Source of the DNA: Siphonobacter sp.
Lineage (GTDB): Bacteria > Bacteroidota > Bacteroidia > Cytophagales > Spirosomataceae
Assembly: GCA_047605205.1 (NCBI GenBank)
Contig: JASGGE010000004.1
Coordinates: forward strand, 1,585 to 65,584
Direction of reading: 5' to 3'
Length of the DNA: 64,000 nt
Each line of letters begins with the position of its first letter. Position 1 is the first letter of the stretch. A program made the translations under genes and the position numbers. Below the pieces are notes generated by a model. It saw nothing but the letters and a program-made list of their open reading frames with translations, had not been told where the DNA came from and searched no databases. Shown here piece by piece: positions 29,095 through 39,452 of the stretch.

Positions 29095-29246
29095 TCTGAG
29101 TTAATTTTTGCACTAAAATAGTAGAAATGTCATATTGAAAACGAGCCCCTTTATTAAGCTTTATCATTTTTCATCCAGTACGGTCATCAATCTCGGGACA
29201 GAAGCCGTAATATCGCTTCATTTTCAGATAGCCCCTCCTCTTTTAA

Positions 29247-29483
29247 ATGAATAATCTTAAACTTTATACCAAAGCCCAGCTTGCTCTGCGAAATGGACAA
29301 GATCGTGAGGAGATCTGGGTAGCTTTTCAGGGATTAATTTACGACGTTACCGTTTCTCGCCTCTGGCGAAACGGCAAACATTATGAACACTGGGCAGGAC
29401 AGGATCTCACAGATGAATTAGCCGATGCTCCTCATTCTGAGCGTGTTTTTGAACGCTTTAAACTTGTGGGCAAGCTACGCTAA
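29247..29483 (+). CDS. Cytochrome b5-like heme/steroid-binding domain protein
   Basis: WVAFQGLIYDVT.S.LW.NGKH..HWAGQDLT..L..APH. Confidence 0.88.
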   Translation: MNNLKLYTKAQLALRNGQDREEIWVAFQGLIYDVTVSRLWRNGKHYEHWAGQDLTDELADAPHSERVFERFKLVGKLR

Positions 29484-29849
29484 GAAAGGGGGAGCTGAAA
29501 ACTCTTTAATAGCGTGTTCATTACCTGTTCGGTGTAATAATACCCTTTCGATAGTATTTTTTTGATATTACGGTTAATTTTGGTTTCAAATCATCGGGAT
29601 TCAGCAGAGTCAGGTATTCTCCACAAGGCTTATTATCAATTACGTCGCATTCCTGGAATCGTTTCAGCTAAAAATCCAGACTTTCCTCAGGGAACCGATC
29701 GTCCGAAAAAATGCCAGAACCCCGTCAAAATGTAGGATTCACTCATTAAAAAGCCCGAAACCATCAGTCCCGAGCTTTCAAAGTCCACTAAACACCTAAC
29801 TACATTTTATGATGATATGACAAACCACAAACTGTAAGGTTAAATGCCA

Positions 29850-31094
29850 TTAGTTAATAAAACCTACCCCAACGGTAGAATTGGTGAATTCATCAATGAG
29901 AATAAAAGCTCCATTTGCGGGGTTTTCAGTGTAATTATCGGCAAAAATAGGTTTCGCAGTTTTCAAGCGAATGGCTCCGATTTCGTTCAATTTCAATTGC
30001 CCCGGAGCCGGAAGGTGTTCTAAACTTTGTACATCAATCCGTTCATCAATACTCAGGACTTTTGTTTTAGCGTCATTTACACCATGCTGTAAAATGAGTG
30101 TTTTACCAGATACCAAAGGCTGGTAATCCAGCCAGCACACCTGAGCAGCCAATTCACGAAGTTGGTTAGGCTCTTCGTTTGGTTTAACGAGCATATTCCC
30201 CCGGGAAATATCTACATCATCTTCCAGAGTGATCACCACCGATTCACGTGTAATCGCTCGCTCTACTTTCTGATCGAACTTTTCAATCGTCGCAATCCTT
30301 GATTGCTGCCCAGTAGGGAGAACTACGACCTCATCTCCCACCCTAAAATGACCACTGGCTATTTTTCCGGCATAGCCGCGATAATCGTGAAAGGTTTCGG
30401 TTTTAGGGCGGATTACGTACTGCACCGGAAAACGAGCCAGGGAGGCCTGTTCTACTTCAGGCTGGTAATTTTCAAGCGTTCCAAGCAGTGAATCACCCTC
30501 ATACCAGGAAACTTCTTCTGATTTCTGCGTCAGATTAACGCCATATAGCGAAGAAATTGGTACAAACTCAATGCTTTGCTCGTCAAACTTTACTTTAGCT
30601 GCCAGGTTTTCAAATTCCTTCTTAATTTCCAGAAAGCGTTCCTGGCTGTACCCCACTAAATCCATCTTGTTTACACAGACGATTACTTTCGGAATACGCA
30701 GCAAGGATGATATAAAGAAGTGTCGAAACGTTTGCTCGACGACCCCGTGTCTTGCATCCACCAGAATCAGGGATACCCGAGCGTTTGATGCTCCAGTGAC
30801 CATGTTCCGGGTGTATTCAAAGTGACCCGGTGTGTCAGCAATGATGTACTTACGGCGGGAAGTGCTGAAATAGATATGGGCTACATCAATGGTAATACCC
30901 TGTTCCCGTTCGGCAATGAGGCCGTCGGTTAATAAAGACAAATCCAGAAAATCTAAGCCTTTCCGTTTACTAGCCGCCTCCAGAGCTTCCAGTTTATCAC
31001 GGGTGATGGAATTCGTTTCGTATAATAAACGGCCAATGAGGGTACTTTTCCCATCATCCACTGAGCCAGCTGTAGCAATGCGTAAAATATCCAT
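29850..31094 (-). CDS. cysN: Sulfate adenylyltransferase subunit 1
   Basis: GSVDDGKST, EREQGITIDVA, DTPGH, NKMD; no fused CysC domain. Confidence 0.95.
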   Translation of the reverse strand: MDILRIATAGSVDDGKSTLIGRLLYETNSITRDKLEALEAASKRKGLDFLDLSLLTDGLIAEREQGITIDVAHIYFSTSRRKYIIADTPGHFEYTRNMVTGASNARVSLILVDARHGVVEQTFRHFFISSLLRIPKVIVCVNKMDLVGYSQERFLEIKKEFENLAAKVKFDEQSIEFVPISSLYGVNLTQKSEEVSWYEGDSLLGTLENYQPEVEQASLARFPVQYVIRPKTETFHDYRGYAGKIASGHFRVGDEVVVLPTGQQSRIATIEKFDQKVERAITRESVVITLEDDVDISRGNMLVKPNEEPNQLRELAAQVCWLDYQPLVSGKTLILQHGVNDAKTKVLSIDERIDVQSLEHLPAPGQLKLNEIGAIRLKTAKPIFADNYTENPANGAFILIDEFTNSTVGVGFIN

Positions 31095-31143
31095 AGATAG
31101 GTTCAGAATGCTCTATTCATTCTGATCTTTAAAAGTCATATCA

Positions 31144-32085
31144 TTAAAAGTATCCCTGTTGCTTGCGTTTTTCCATAGCCGCCTCCGATCGCTTATCGTC
31201 AATCCGGGCTCCGCGTTCCGAAATTTCAGCCGCCAGAATTTCGCCAATAATATCGTCCAGCTCAATAGCTTCTGAAAGGACTGCCGCCGTGCAGGTCATG
31301 TCACCAACCGTGCGGAATCGTACCGTTGCTTCGTAAGGAAGTTCTTCGATACTTTTGTTAATGAAAGGTGAATCCGCCCAAAGCATCCCATCCCGCTCGA
31401 ATACAGGGCGGCGATGAGAAAAATAAATGGAAGGCAGCGGAATGCCTTCTTCTTTAATGTAATTCCAAACGTCAAGCTCCGTCCAGTTGGAAATAGGGAA
31501 GACTCGTACGTTTTCACCAACGGCAATTCTGCCATTTAGCATATCGAATAATTCAGGCCGCTGACGTTTGGCATCCCACTGGCCGAAATCATCCCGAACA
31601 CTGAAAATACGCTCTTTTGCCCGAGCTTTCTCTTCATCACGCCGAGCTCCGCCAATACAGGCATCAAACTTAAATTCTTCGATTGTATCGAGTAGTGTTA
31701 CCGTTTGCAGGGCATTTCTCGATGCATATTTACCTGACTCTTCCTTTACTTTTCCCTGATCAATCGAATCTTGTACATACCGTACAATTAAGTCTGCCCC
31801 TACTTCTTTTACCAGCCAGTCCCGGTACGCTATTGTTTCGGGAAAGTTATGCCCAGTATCAACATGCACTAATGGAAAAGGAATTTTTCCAGGGTAAAAT
31901 GCTTTCTGAGCCAGGCGAACCAAGGTAATTGAGTCCTTTCCTCCGGAAAACAGAATAGCTGGCCGCTCAAACTGAGCAGCTACTTCCCGCATAATATAGA
32001 TTGCTTCATCTTCCAATTCTCTAGGAAACCGCGGCTTCAGTAATGCTGACGGAGGAATCAGAGATTGATCACCGAATGAACTCAT
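31144..32085 (-). CDS. cysD: Sulfate adenylyltransferase subunit 2
   Basis: FSGGKDS, GGARRDEEKARAKER, RFRTVGD, EKRKQQGYF. Confidence 0.96.
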   Translation of the reverse strand: MSSFGDQSLIPPSALLKPRFPRELEDEAIYIMREVAAQFERPAILFSGGKDSITLVRLAQKAFYPGKIPFPLVHVDTGHNFPETIAYRDWLVKEVGADLIVRYVQDSIDQGKVKEESGKYASRNALQTVTLLDTIEEFKFDACIGGARRDEEKARAKERIFSVRDDFGQWDAKRQRPELFDMLNGRIAVGENVRVFPISNWTELDVWNYIKEEGIPLPSIYFSHRRPVFERDGMLWADSPFINKSIEELPYEATVRFRTVGDMTCTAAVLSEAIELDDIIGEILAAEISERGARIDDKRSEAAMEKRKQQGYF

Positions 32086-32146
32086 AATGAAAAGTTATGT
32101 ATGCGTTACGCCCTACTGATGGGCACTAAGTCAGAAAAATAATTTG

Positions 32147-32851
32147 TTACGCTGAATGCAGGCCACATTCTTTCTTTGATTCTTCCCACCACCAACGGCC
32201 AGCACGGGGATGTTCGCCGGGTTCAATAGCCCGCGTACAGGGAGCACACCCGATGCTGATAAAACCTTTACGATGCAGGGGATTATCCGGGACACGGTGC
32301 TCAGCCAGGTATGTCAACACCTCATCGTAAGTCCAATGAATGAGCGGGTTATATTTCAGAAGCTTATTAGCATTGTCCAGCTCCAGCATTTTCATGTCTG
32401 CCCGGTTGTCTGATTGTTCAGCTCGAAGGCCCGTAATCCAGATGGTTGCTCCGGCTAAAGCACGCTTTAAAGGCTCAATTTTGCGAACAAAGCAACATTC
32501 TTTCCGATTCTCGACTGAATAATAGAAGCTATTAAACCCTTTTTCCTGAACCAGACTCTCAACATGAGCGGTATTCGGGAAATAGGTTTCAATCAAATGA
32601 TTATATCGGGAACGAGTGGCATCCATCAAATCATACGTTTCCTGAAAAAGACGCCCGGTATCTAATGTAAAGACCCGTACGGGGAGCTTATTACTGAAAA
32701 TCATATCCGTAATTACCTGATCTTCCTGCCCTAGTGAAGTAGAAAAAACAACCTTATCTGGAAATTGTTCGGTAAGGAATCGAATTGCTTCAATCGCTGG
32801 AAGAGCTTCCAGCCGGGGAAGTAATGATTCTACTAATGCTTCGTTGTCCAT
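32147..32851 (-). CDS. cysH: APS/PAPS reductase (Fe-S, APS-type signature)
   Basis: LDTGRLF, CC motif (ECCFVRK), SIGCAPCT, C-terminal ECGLH. Confidence 0.93.
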   Translation of the reverse strand: MDNEALVESLLPRLEALPAIEAIRFLTEQFPDKVVFSTSLGQEDQVITDMIFSNKLPVRVFTLDTGRLFQETYDLMDATRSRYNHLIETYFPNTAHVESLVQEKGFNSFYYSVENRKECCFVRKIEPLKRALAGATIWITGLRAEQSDNRADMKMLELDNANKLLKYNPLIHWTYDEVLTYLAEHRVPDNPLHRKGFISIGCAPCTRAIEPGEHPRAGRWWWEESKKECGLHSA

Positions 32852-32902
32852 ACCATCCGCTCTGGGGATGAGAGCTTTTTGACCCCTTTCTCAATTCTAG
32901 TG

Positions 32903-32934
32903 CAAAAATAGATATTGTCTATAAATTAGATAGA
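32903..32934 (-). promoter_or_regulatory. cys operon promoter (-7 TATTTTTG) overlapped by ATAGA/TCTAT inverted repeats
   Basis: caaaaata at 32903-32910; ATAGA-N5-TCTAT at 32908-32922 and TCTAT-N7-ATAGA at 32918-32934. Confidence 0.5.
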
Positions 32935-33070
32935 ATGTTTAACGGTTTTTATAGATAATCCGTTCTTTACAAGACTTTATACGTTATAAAAATTTATTAT
33001 ATTCTTCTTTCTCTTTAGCTGTTCGACTAATATTAACAACCTGAAATACAATGCCTTACAAAAACAAATC

Positions 33071-33110
33071 AAAAAACAGCCTTTGCAAAAAAATCATGCA
33101 AAGGCTGTTT
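33071..33110 (-). terminator. Intrinsic terminator
   Basis: aaacagcctttgca...tgcaaaggctgttt, 20 nt after the stop of the 62-aa ORF. Confidence 0.75.
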
Positions 33111-33129
33111 GGGTTTCGCTATCTAAATT

Positions 33130-33318
33130 TCAGCTTCCTACATATTTTTCAGCTTCACGGGCTTTCTGTTCTTCTTCTTCAGCCAATTCACGAAATTCAG
33201 GGTCTTCCTTTCGTTTTTGTTCCAGCTTTTCTTTTTCCTGATGTGCATTAGGTTCTGAATGGTTCTTCTCTACCTCATTCAGAAACGCATCTACGGTTGG
33301 TTTATTTGGCTTTTCCAT
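33130..33318 (-). CDS. Small highly charged hydrophilic protein (62 aa)
   Basis: E/K-rich helical ORF with an ATG start and its own terminator. Confidence 0.65.
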   Translation of the reverse strand: MEKPNKPTVDAFLNEVEKNHSEPNAHQEKEKLEQKRKEDPEFRELAEEEEQKAREAEKYVGS

Positions 33319-33486
33319 AGTAGTAAGCGTTAGGTTGTTATAGCCTGATTACGTCAAAGAATGATTCCAAATGTTTAATCAGGGAAAGAGTTCATCTATT
33401 TCCCCAAAGTGGGGAGTAAAATTCTTTGTGGAAGTGGTATGCTTTTAGTGAGAAGGTAGGAACCCGCTATCCAATCTTATTTTACC

Positions 33487-33948
33487 ATGGAAACAAAAAA
33501 GACAAAGCGTCTGGCTCCGGGCGAAAAAGCTCCCGGCATTGATCCACGTACTCTCTCTCCTGAAGCACAGGATTTAGAGCTCCGGGAGGATATGCAGGAA
33601 AATAGTGGGCCTTTCGGGTTAGGTGTTGAATCTGAATATCAGAAAGAAACCTTACAAAATGTAGAATATGCTAGGCATAAGAATAGCATAAGCCCTCCGC
33701 AAGAAACGCCCGATTTACCGAATATACCTGAGGTTAATCCGATCTCGCCCGAAGTACCTGATCCGTACCAGCCACAAGCTCCGGCAGAGACGCCCCCGAT
33801 ACCCGATATTCCTGAGCACACCCCGCCGGTAAAACCCGATGAACTTGGTACAGAAGAAAATATTCAGTCTTCATCTGATCCACTTCCGGTACCAACTGCT
33901 ATTTCAGAGGCAGACCAACAAAATAGAGTTCATCCTATTCCTTTATAA
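33487..33948 (+). CDS. Pro/Glu-rich, probably disordered protein
   Basis: ATG after an AT-rich leader; ETPDLPNIPE / ETPPIPDIPE internal repeats. Confidence 0.6.
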   Translation: METKKTKRLAPGEKAPGIDPRTLSPEAQDLELREDMQENSGPFGLGVESEYQKETLQNVEYARHKNSISPPQETPDLPNIPEVNPISPEVPDPYQPQAPAETPPIPDIPEHTPPVKPDELGTEENIQSSSDPLPVPTAISEADQQNRVHPIPL

Positions 33949-33960
33949 ACATTTAGCTAT

Positions 33961-34137
33961 ATGGCTATTTTGAAAAAGTATGATAAGATGCTAAAACATG
34001 AAAAAGTGTAGGTATTATCCGAATTAGCTCAATTATTAGGGGAACAACGTAACGTTATTACATTAAATCTTCAGCTTATCGAGTCTTTGTTAAAAGGTTA
34101 TTCTAGTAACGAACTGATCAAACTATTTATTAACTAA
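33961..34137 (+). pseudogene. Possible relic of a ferritin-like (PA2169/DUF2383-type) C-terminus with in-frame TAG
   Basis: AILKKYDKMLKHEKV*VLSELAQLLGEQRNVITLNLQLIESLL; TAG at 34009-34011. Confidence 0.35.
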
Positions 34138-34350
34138 AATAGTTTTTAAAAAAATTCAGGGTAACATTCTGACCTAATTTTATTCGATATAGTATCAATA
34201 TTATACATAATTTTTTATTAAATGAAGTATTTTTATAGGATTCTCTACATTTTAAAGATCTTTCCAATACACTATACTTCAAGAAACGTATTTCAATACT
34301 ATTGATATTATTTAGGTATCAAAGCCGTCATCTCCAATTATAATTTAGTC

Positions 34351-34806
34351 ATGGAACACACTGATTATTCTCGCCTTTGCTATTGGCTCAACACACTTAT
34401 CCATTCCCACGAAGGTAGAGTACGAGTATATACCGCCCTTGCTAATCATACGGAGTGTTTATTACTAAAACCTTTATTAATGCGAGGCATTAGCAGCAGT
34501 ATACTTTGTAAAAACCAGTTAGTTAATCAATTGTGGAGCTACGGCGGAAATATTATTTATGATTTCATTCCAGATTCCACCTGGCTACAAAATCAAAATT
34601 CTTATCCGTTTATCTCTGATGAACATGAAATTAACTTACGCCAACGCCTGGATGAGAATTTAATGGAATCGTATCGGAAAGCTCTATTTGAAGATTTGCC
34701 CGAATACGCAAGAATATTATTAATAAGTCAATGGGATTTATTGCGGACTTTTACCCATAAATTAAGTTCCATGAAACGGGAAGGCATACATCTAGCCCGT
34801 GCTTGA
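34351..34806 (+). CDS. Divergent ferritin-like four-helix-bundle protein (PA2169/DUF2383-like)
   Basis: LNTLI......Y..LA, LK.LL, L..YGG and E.L.ESY.KAL..DLP...R.LL.SQ spacing. Confidence 0.55.
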   Translation: MEHTDYSRLCYWLNTLIHSHEGRVRVYTALANHTECLLLKPLLMRGISSSILCKNQLVNQLWSYGGNIIYDFIPDSTWLQNQNSYPFISDEHEINLRQRLDENLMESYRKALFEDLPEYARILLISQWDLLRTFTHKLSSMKREGIHLARA

Positions 34807-35350
34807 CTTATCGTCATCAAATCAAACTGAAATAAAAATCTTACTTTTTATTATGTCTTTAGCGTATCACTACTTTGTAGAATAGTTGCTCGATTAACGG
34901 CACCGATTCCCCGGTCATTACTGGGAGTATTACCCGTAAATAAACTTCCTAAAATAGCCCATAAGACAAATATCCCTACCACATTAGTATAAACAGTATT
35001 AATTTACGGATATTAGGATTTTCATTTTGCGGAGTATTTATATTATGCCCAGCCATAGTAGTAAAATATTATTTGTGTACCTGAGTAAGTAAAATTTTGT
35101 ACCTGCCCATTTATACAGGGAATTAAAGAACATACTTTATTAAAAAAATCACCCATTGAGAAAATAGATCTACACAATTTTTACAAAAAGTGGTCTTTGA
35201 CGTCAAACAGCTTAAGGAATAATGCTTTCTAAATCAGGAAGAAGCTATTCGGTTAGGCCTGGCGAAAAATATCTTTCAGAGTTTCAATCGAAATTTAATT
35301 TCCAGATGCTTGTTATCTGGTTACTCATTGATTTTTAAATAACCACAATT

Positions 35351-36157
35351 ATGCCCTTTAACCGTTTGAAAGATCAGATCGCGATCATAACCGGATCAAG
35401 TTCAGGAATAGGCCAGGCAATTGCCATCGAGATGGCTCGTGAAGGTGCTTTTGTTGTGATTAATTATTATAACAATGTTGATGGTGCGATAGAAACCCTA
35501 AAACAAATTGAAGCAGAAGGAGGCAAGGGTATCTATGTCCAGGCTGATGTCAGTAAAGAAGAAGAGGTCAAGGTTTTATTTACCAAAACGCTGGAAGCCT
35601 ATGGAAGAGTTGATATTCTGGTAAGTAATAGCGGCCATCAGGTAGATTCGCCTTTTCTGAAGATGACGCTAGATCAGTGGAATTCCGTAATAGGCACCAA
35701 CCTTACGGGGCAGTTCCTTTGTGCCCGCGAAGCCGCCCAGCAGTTCGTTAAACAGGCTGACGATGATCCTTCTGATACATGTATTGGTAAAATTATCTGC
35801 ATGAGCTCCGTTCACGACATGATTCCCTGGGCTGGACACGTAAATTATGCAGCCTCAAAAGGCGGTGTTTTAATGTTTATGAAATCCATTGCTCAGGAAT
35901 TAGCCCCGAAAAAAATCAGGGTTAATGCCATTAGCCCAGGTGCCATTCAGACACCTATTAACAAAAGTGTCTGGTCAGATCCGGCTAAGATGCCTGCCTT
36001 ACTGGACTTAATTCCCTATAAACGTATTGGCAAACCTGAAGATGTAGCTAAAGCGGCAGTCTGGCTAGCGTCTGATGAGTCGGATTATGTTACAGGAGAA
36101 ACGCTATATATTGATGGCGGCATGATGCTTTACCCTGAATTTGCAGATAATGGTTAA
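35351..36157 (+). CDS. Glucose 1-dehydrogenase-like SDR
   Basis: TGSSSGIG, MSSVHDMIPWAGHVNYAASKGG, PGAIQTPIN. Confidence 0.9.
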   Translation: MPFNRLKDQIAIITGSSSGIGQAIAIEMAREGAFVVINYYNNVDGAIETLKQIEAEGGKGIYVQADVSKEEEVKVLFTKTLEAYGRVDILVSNSGHQVDSPFLKMTLDQWNSVIGTNLTGQFLCAREAAQQFVKQADDDPSDTCIGKIICMSSVHDMIPWAGHVNYAASKGGVLMFMKSIAQELAPKKIRVNAISPGAIQTPINKSVWSDPAKMPALLDLIPYKRIGKPEDVAKAAVWLASDESDYVTGETLYIDGGMMLYPEFADNG

Positions 36158-36172
36158 TTCGTAAAATGTGTA

Positions 36173-36204
36173 CTAAAAAAGGCTCTGGGTTAGAGCCTTT
36201 TTAG
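36173..36204. terminator. Bidirectional terminator
   Basis: aaaaaggctct-gggtt-agagccttttt between convergent genes. Confidence 0.8.
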
Positions 36205-36205
36205 G

Positions 36206-36586
36206 CTAGAGCAGCTCAGAATCATAGACCATTACCTTACTCCATAAGTGCTTGTTTTTTTCAACGAATTCCTTGTGTAATGGATGTACCAGGTAGGTAT
36301 ATTCATCTTCAGCAGAATCAAACACCAGCATAACCGAAAAGGTATACGTTGCATCCGTTACGGTTTTGTCAGGCTCTGTCACCACGGGTTTTCCAATATG
36401 AGCCAATCTGATAGTGGGTATCTTACGCAGGCCTTTTAATGCCGATAACAATTGGTCGTGGTCAGCCTTGCTTTTTGGATTCTTCAACCAGAAATACACA
36501 TGATGAACGAATGTAAGTTTTTGTTCCATAACTGGAGTAGCGGCAACAGCTGCTGCAGAGCTTTTCACAAACGACCGACGGTCCAT
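36206..36586 (-). CDS. Dabb family protein with twin-arginine signal
   Basis: MDRRSFVK Tat motif (ATG 36586); FVHHVYFWLK, Y.VHPLHKEFV. Confidence 0.85.
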   Translation of the reverse strand: MDRRSFVKSSAAAVAATPVMEQKLTFVHHVYFWLKNPKSKADHDQLLSALKGLRKIPTIRLAHIGKPVVTEPDKTVTDATYTFSVMLVFDSAEDEYTYLVHPLHKEFVEKNKHLWSKVMVYDSELL

Positions 36587-36658
36587 AGTAACATTTATTT
36601 TGATGGTAGTAATAACCGAAGTGGATTCTAATGCATTCGCATAATTAAAATACATCCA

Positions 36659-37945
36659 CTACTTTCCTTTCAATTTCTCAATTAACCAGTTGGCCATTCG
36701 CTCGGTTTGCTCTGGATACGTCCAGTGACCTGTTTCATAAGCCAAATCCAATTGTTTAGGGGCCTGAATGACGTTATAGGCAGCGTACATAGACGTAGGC
36801 GGGCAGGTTTCATCATTATATCCCCATGAATAAGCTCCCGGAATAGTCAGGCGTCGGGCAAAGTTCACCACGTCATAATATCCGCAGGTTTTTATTTTAT
36901 CGGGTTTATCATTGAATTCAAGACTCGGGCCCGCGAATAAATGTGGCCAGCCCCCTGTCCGATTATGCAAATAACCCGTTAAGTCACACAGAGCTGGGTA
37001 GAAAGCCCCAAGCCATTTAACCCGTGGATCTAAAGCCGCCGTAACAATGGACAACGCACCACCCTGACTACCCCCCGTTACCGCCAGATGCTGCCCATCG
37101 TATTGGGGTAGGCTTACCAAAAAATCATTCGCCCGCACGCAACCCAAATACACGCGTTTGTAATAATATCGGTCGCGGTCATCCAGATTAAACTGAAAAT
37201 ATTGGGCTAATGACCCAACTGCCAGGTTTTGATAAACCACCGGATCCAGTGTAACGGGTATACCATGAATGCCTATTTCCAGCGTAATGATTCCTTTTTC
37301 AGCCGTAGCTACATCTCCATAATAAGGCCGAATACCGGCTCCCGGTACTCGTAACAAAGCCGGATAAGTACCCGCCGCTTTAGGTACACACAGAATTCCG
37401 TAAAGACGGGCCCCACCATAGTTTTGCACGTTCACCTGATACACATTTACTTTTTCGGTGCAACGATCCGGCAGTAAGGTCATACGTGCATCTAGTGGCA
37501 GTTGGGCCAGTTCTTGTTTGCTCTTATCCCAGAATTGCTGAAAATCCGCCGGATTATCAATGGTTGGTTTGATCAGTTGCGGATCAACCCCTGCTGAGGC
37601 CAGCCCTTTATATTCTTTACCATCTACCTCGGCAAAGACAATACACTGTACAAAACCAGGGACTTTAAGCGTGGAAGTAATCGTTGTTTTACCTTCTGGT
37701 AGAGTAAGTGTTTCCTGGCGAACTGCGGGCATTTTTTCAGGCCCTACCAGATAGCGGATCTTTACTCCTTTTACTGGTAAGCCCCATTGTAATACTGAAA
37801 CAGAAAAAGAGATCGGCTCTCCGGCTTTATACGTCCACCCAGGGCGATCAGGGGCTACCAGTACTTTAACAATTCGCTCGGAAGGCTGGGCTAATGCTGG
37901 CACAATCAGCCAGGTTAACCATAGCAAGGATAAAATACGTTTCAT
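36659..37945 (-). CDS. Acetylxylan esterase / cephalosporin-C deacetylase (CE7)
   Basis: Signal peptide; GGSQGG nucleophile motif, DETCPP, GHW. Confidence 0.88.
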   Translation of the reverse strand: MKRILSLLWLTWLIVPALAQPSERIVKVLVAPDRPGWTYKAGEPISFSVSVLQWGLPVKGVKIRYLVGPEKMPAVRQETLTLPEGKTTITSTLKVPGFVQCIVFAEVDGKEYKGLASAGVDPQLIKPTIDNPADFQQFWDKSKQELAQLPLDARMTLLPDRCTEKVNVYQVNVQNYGGARLYGILCVPKAAGTYPALLRVPGAGIRPYYGDVATAEKGIITLEIGIHGIPVTLDPVVYQNLAVGSLAQYFQFNLDDRDRYYYKRVYLGCVRANDFLVSLPQYDGQHLAVTGGSQGGALSIVTAALDPRVKWLGAFYPALCDLTGYLHNRTGGWPHLFAGPSLEFNDKPDKIKTCGYYDVVNFARRLTIPGAYSWGYNDETCPPTSMYAAYNVIQAPKQLDLAYETGHWTYPEQTERMANWLIEKLKGK

Positions 37946-38063
37946 ACGAAATCAGAATAGAGGTTATACTATTGACTAGCAAACTAAAGACGTTTTGATA
38001 ACAAGTCCCTTTCTTTCTTTCAAAAAACGTATAGATTAGATTAAAAATAGCCCAGGGCTATTT

Positions 38064-39452
38064 TTAATCTAATTCTTTATCTATTGTTTCGTTTGAAACT
38101 GGCTTATTCGTTACCCGAACCTTTTTTATTCGTTTCTGATCGGCGGCAAGCACACGAAAGGTTAACATCTGAAGAGAAATCTCTTCATTTACTTTGGGAA
38201 GACGGCCAAATAATTCCAGCAATAGCCCACCTAATGACTCACTATCTCCACGAGCCTTTTCAAAGCGTTCCATAGACAGGTTCAATACCTTTGCTACATC
38301 ATTTAAAGGCGTTTTACCTTCGAAAACAAAGGTATTGTCATCTATCTTGGTATACTGAATTTCGTCCTCATCGTATTCATCGCGGATATCCCCTACAATT
38401 TCTTCGATGATATCTTCCAGCGTAATAAGTCCTTCCGTCTCACCGTATTCATTGACAACTACGGCTAAATGCACTCGTTTTTCCTGAAAATCGTGTAGTA
38501 AGTCATCAATCTTTTTACTCTCTGGTATAAAGTAAACAGGCCGTAAGGTTTGCTGCCAGTCGAAATGTTCGTCTTTGTCAATATAGGGGAGTAAATCTTT
38601 GATATAGAGGACTCCTTCAATTTTATCAAGTGTATCTCGAAAGACTGGCACCCGCGAATACCCCGACTTATTGATTTTATCCATCAACTCATGAAAATCC
38701 AGCTCAATGTCAAAAGCGGTAATATCCATGCGTGAACGCATAATCTGCCGGGCAGAAATGCTACTAAAATTGACAATTCCCCTTAAAATCTCTTTTTGTT
38801 CTACAGAAGTGCCCTGGCCGGTAGTAATTTCCAGAGCATGGCTTAATTCTTCAGCAGTAATCGTATATCCTTTTCGCTGCACCCGTTTTTCAATTAAATC
38901 CGAGATTCCCATTAATGGCACGGAAATCGGTCGAAACAGGAATTGAGCGGCATCAATAATGGGAGCCGTTATTTTCAGAAAACGTATCGGATTCTGATTT
39001 GCCCATACCTTCGGGATGAGCTCACCAAAGAAGACAATCAGAAACGTAACCCCTACTGTTTGGATTACTACTCCTACCCAGGCAGCTACATCTTCACCGA
39101 GAGCTTCCTTTGTGGCTACCGCCGTTAAGGTAACTAAGGTGATATCCAGTAGGTTTTTGAAAATAAGAAGAGTAGCTAGCAATAACTGCGGGTGATCGAG
39201 CATTCGGGCAATTCGTCGCTCAGAAGCCTGATCGCTGTCCCGAATTTCACGGCGGGCATCAAGTGATAAGGAGAAAAACCCTACTTCCGAGCCTGCCACC
39301 AAAGCAGAGGCTGCCAAAAGAAGTAATAAAATCAGGCCATTTGAAAGATAGAAGCCGGCACCCAACGCATCAGCGAGGAGTGCCCAACGAGGGAATGGGT
39401 CGAGTATTTCGCCCACTAACGGGGTCATTTCTGAGAGCAGATGTGGCTCCAA
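38064..39452 (-). CDS. gldE: Gliding motility-associated protein GldE (CNNM/CBS/CorC)
   Basis: DUF21 TM region (GSEVGFFSL, FGELIPK), CBS pair (GYSRVPV, VVNEYG), CorC domain; mutY-ssb-gldE order. Confidence 0.88.
   Translation of the reverse strand: MEPHLLSEMTPLVGEILDPFPRWALLADALGAGFYLSNGLILLLLLAASALVAGSEVGFFSLSLDARREIRDSDQASERRIARMLDHPQLLLATLLIFKNLLDITLVTLTAVATKEALGEDVAAWVGVVIQTVGVTFLIVFFGELIPKVWANQNPIRFLKITAPIIDAAQFLFRPISVPLMGISDLIEKRVQRKGYTITAEELSHALEITTGQGTSVEQKEILRGIVNFSSISARQIMRSRMDITAFDIELDFHELMDKINKSGYSRVPVFRDTLDKIEGVLYIKDLLPYIDKDEHFDWQQTLRPVYFIPESKKIDDLLHDFQEKRVHLAVVVNEYGETEGLITLEDIIEEIVGDIRDEYDEDEIQYTKIDDNTFVFEGKTPLNDVAKVLNLSMERFEKARGDSESLGGLLLELFGRLPKVNEEISLQMLTFRVLAADQKRIKKVRVTNKPVSNETIDKELD

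Noticed and set aside
29490-29850. Possible gene relic between the cytochrome b5 gene and cysN
   Set aside because: Minus-strand frames give short broken peptides that I could not match to any family.
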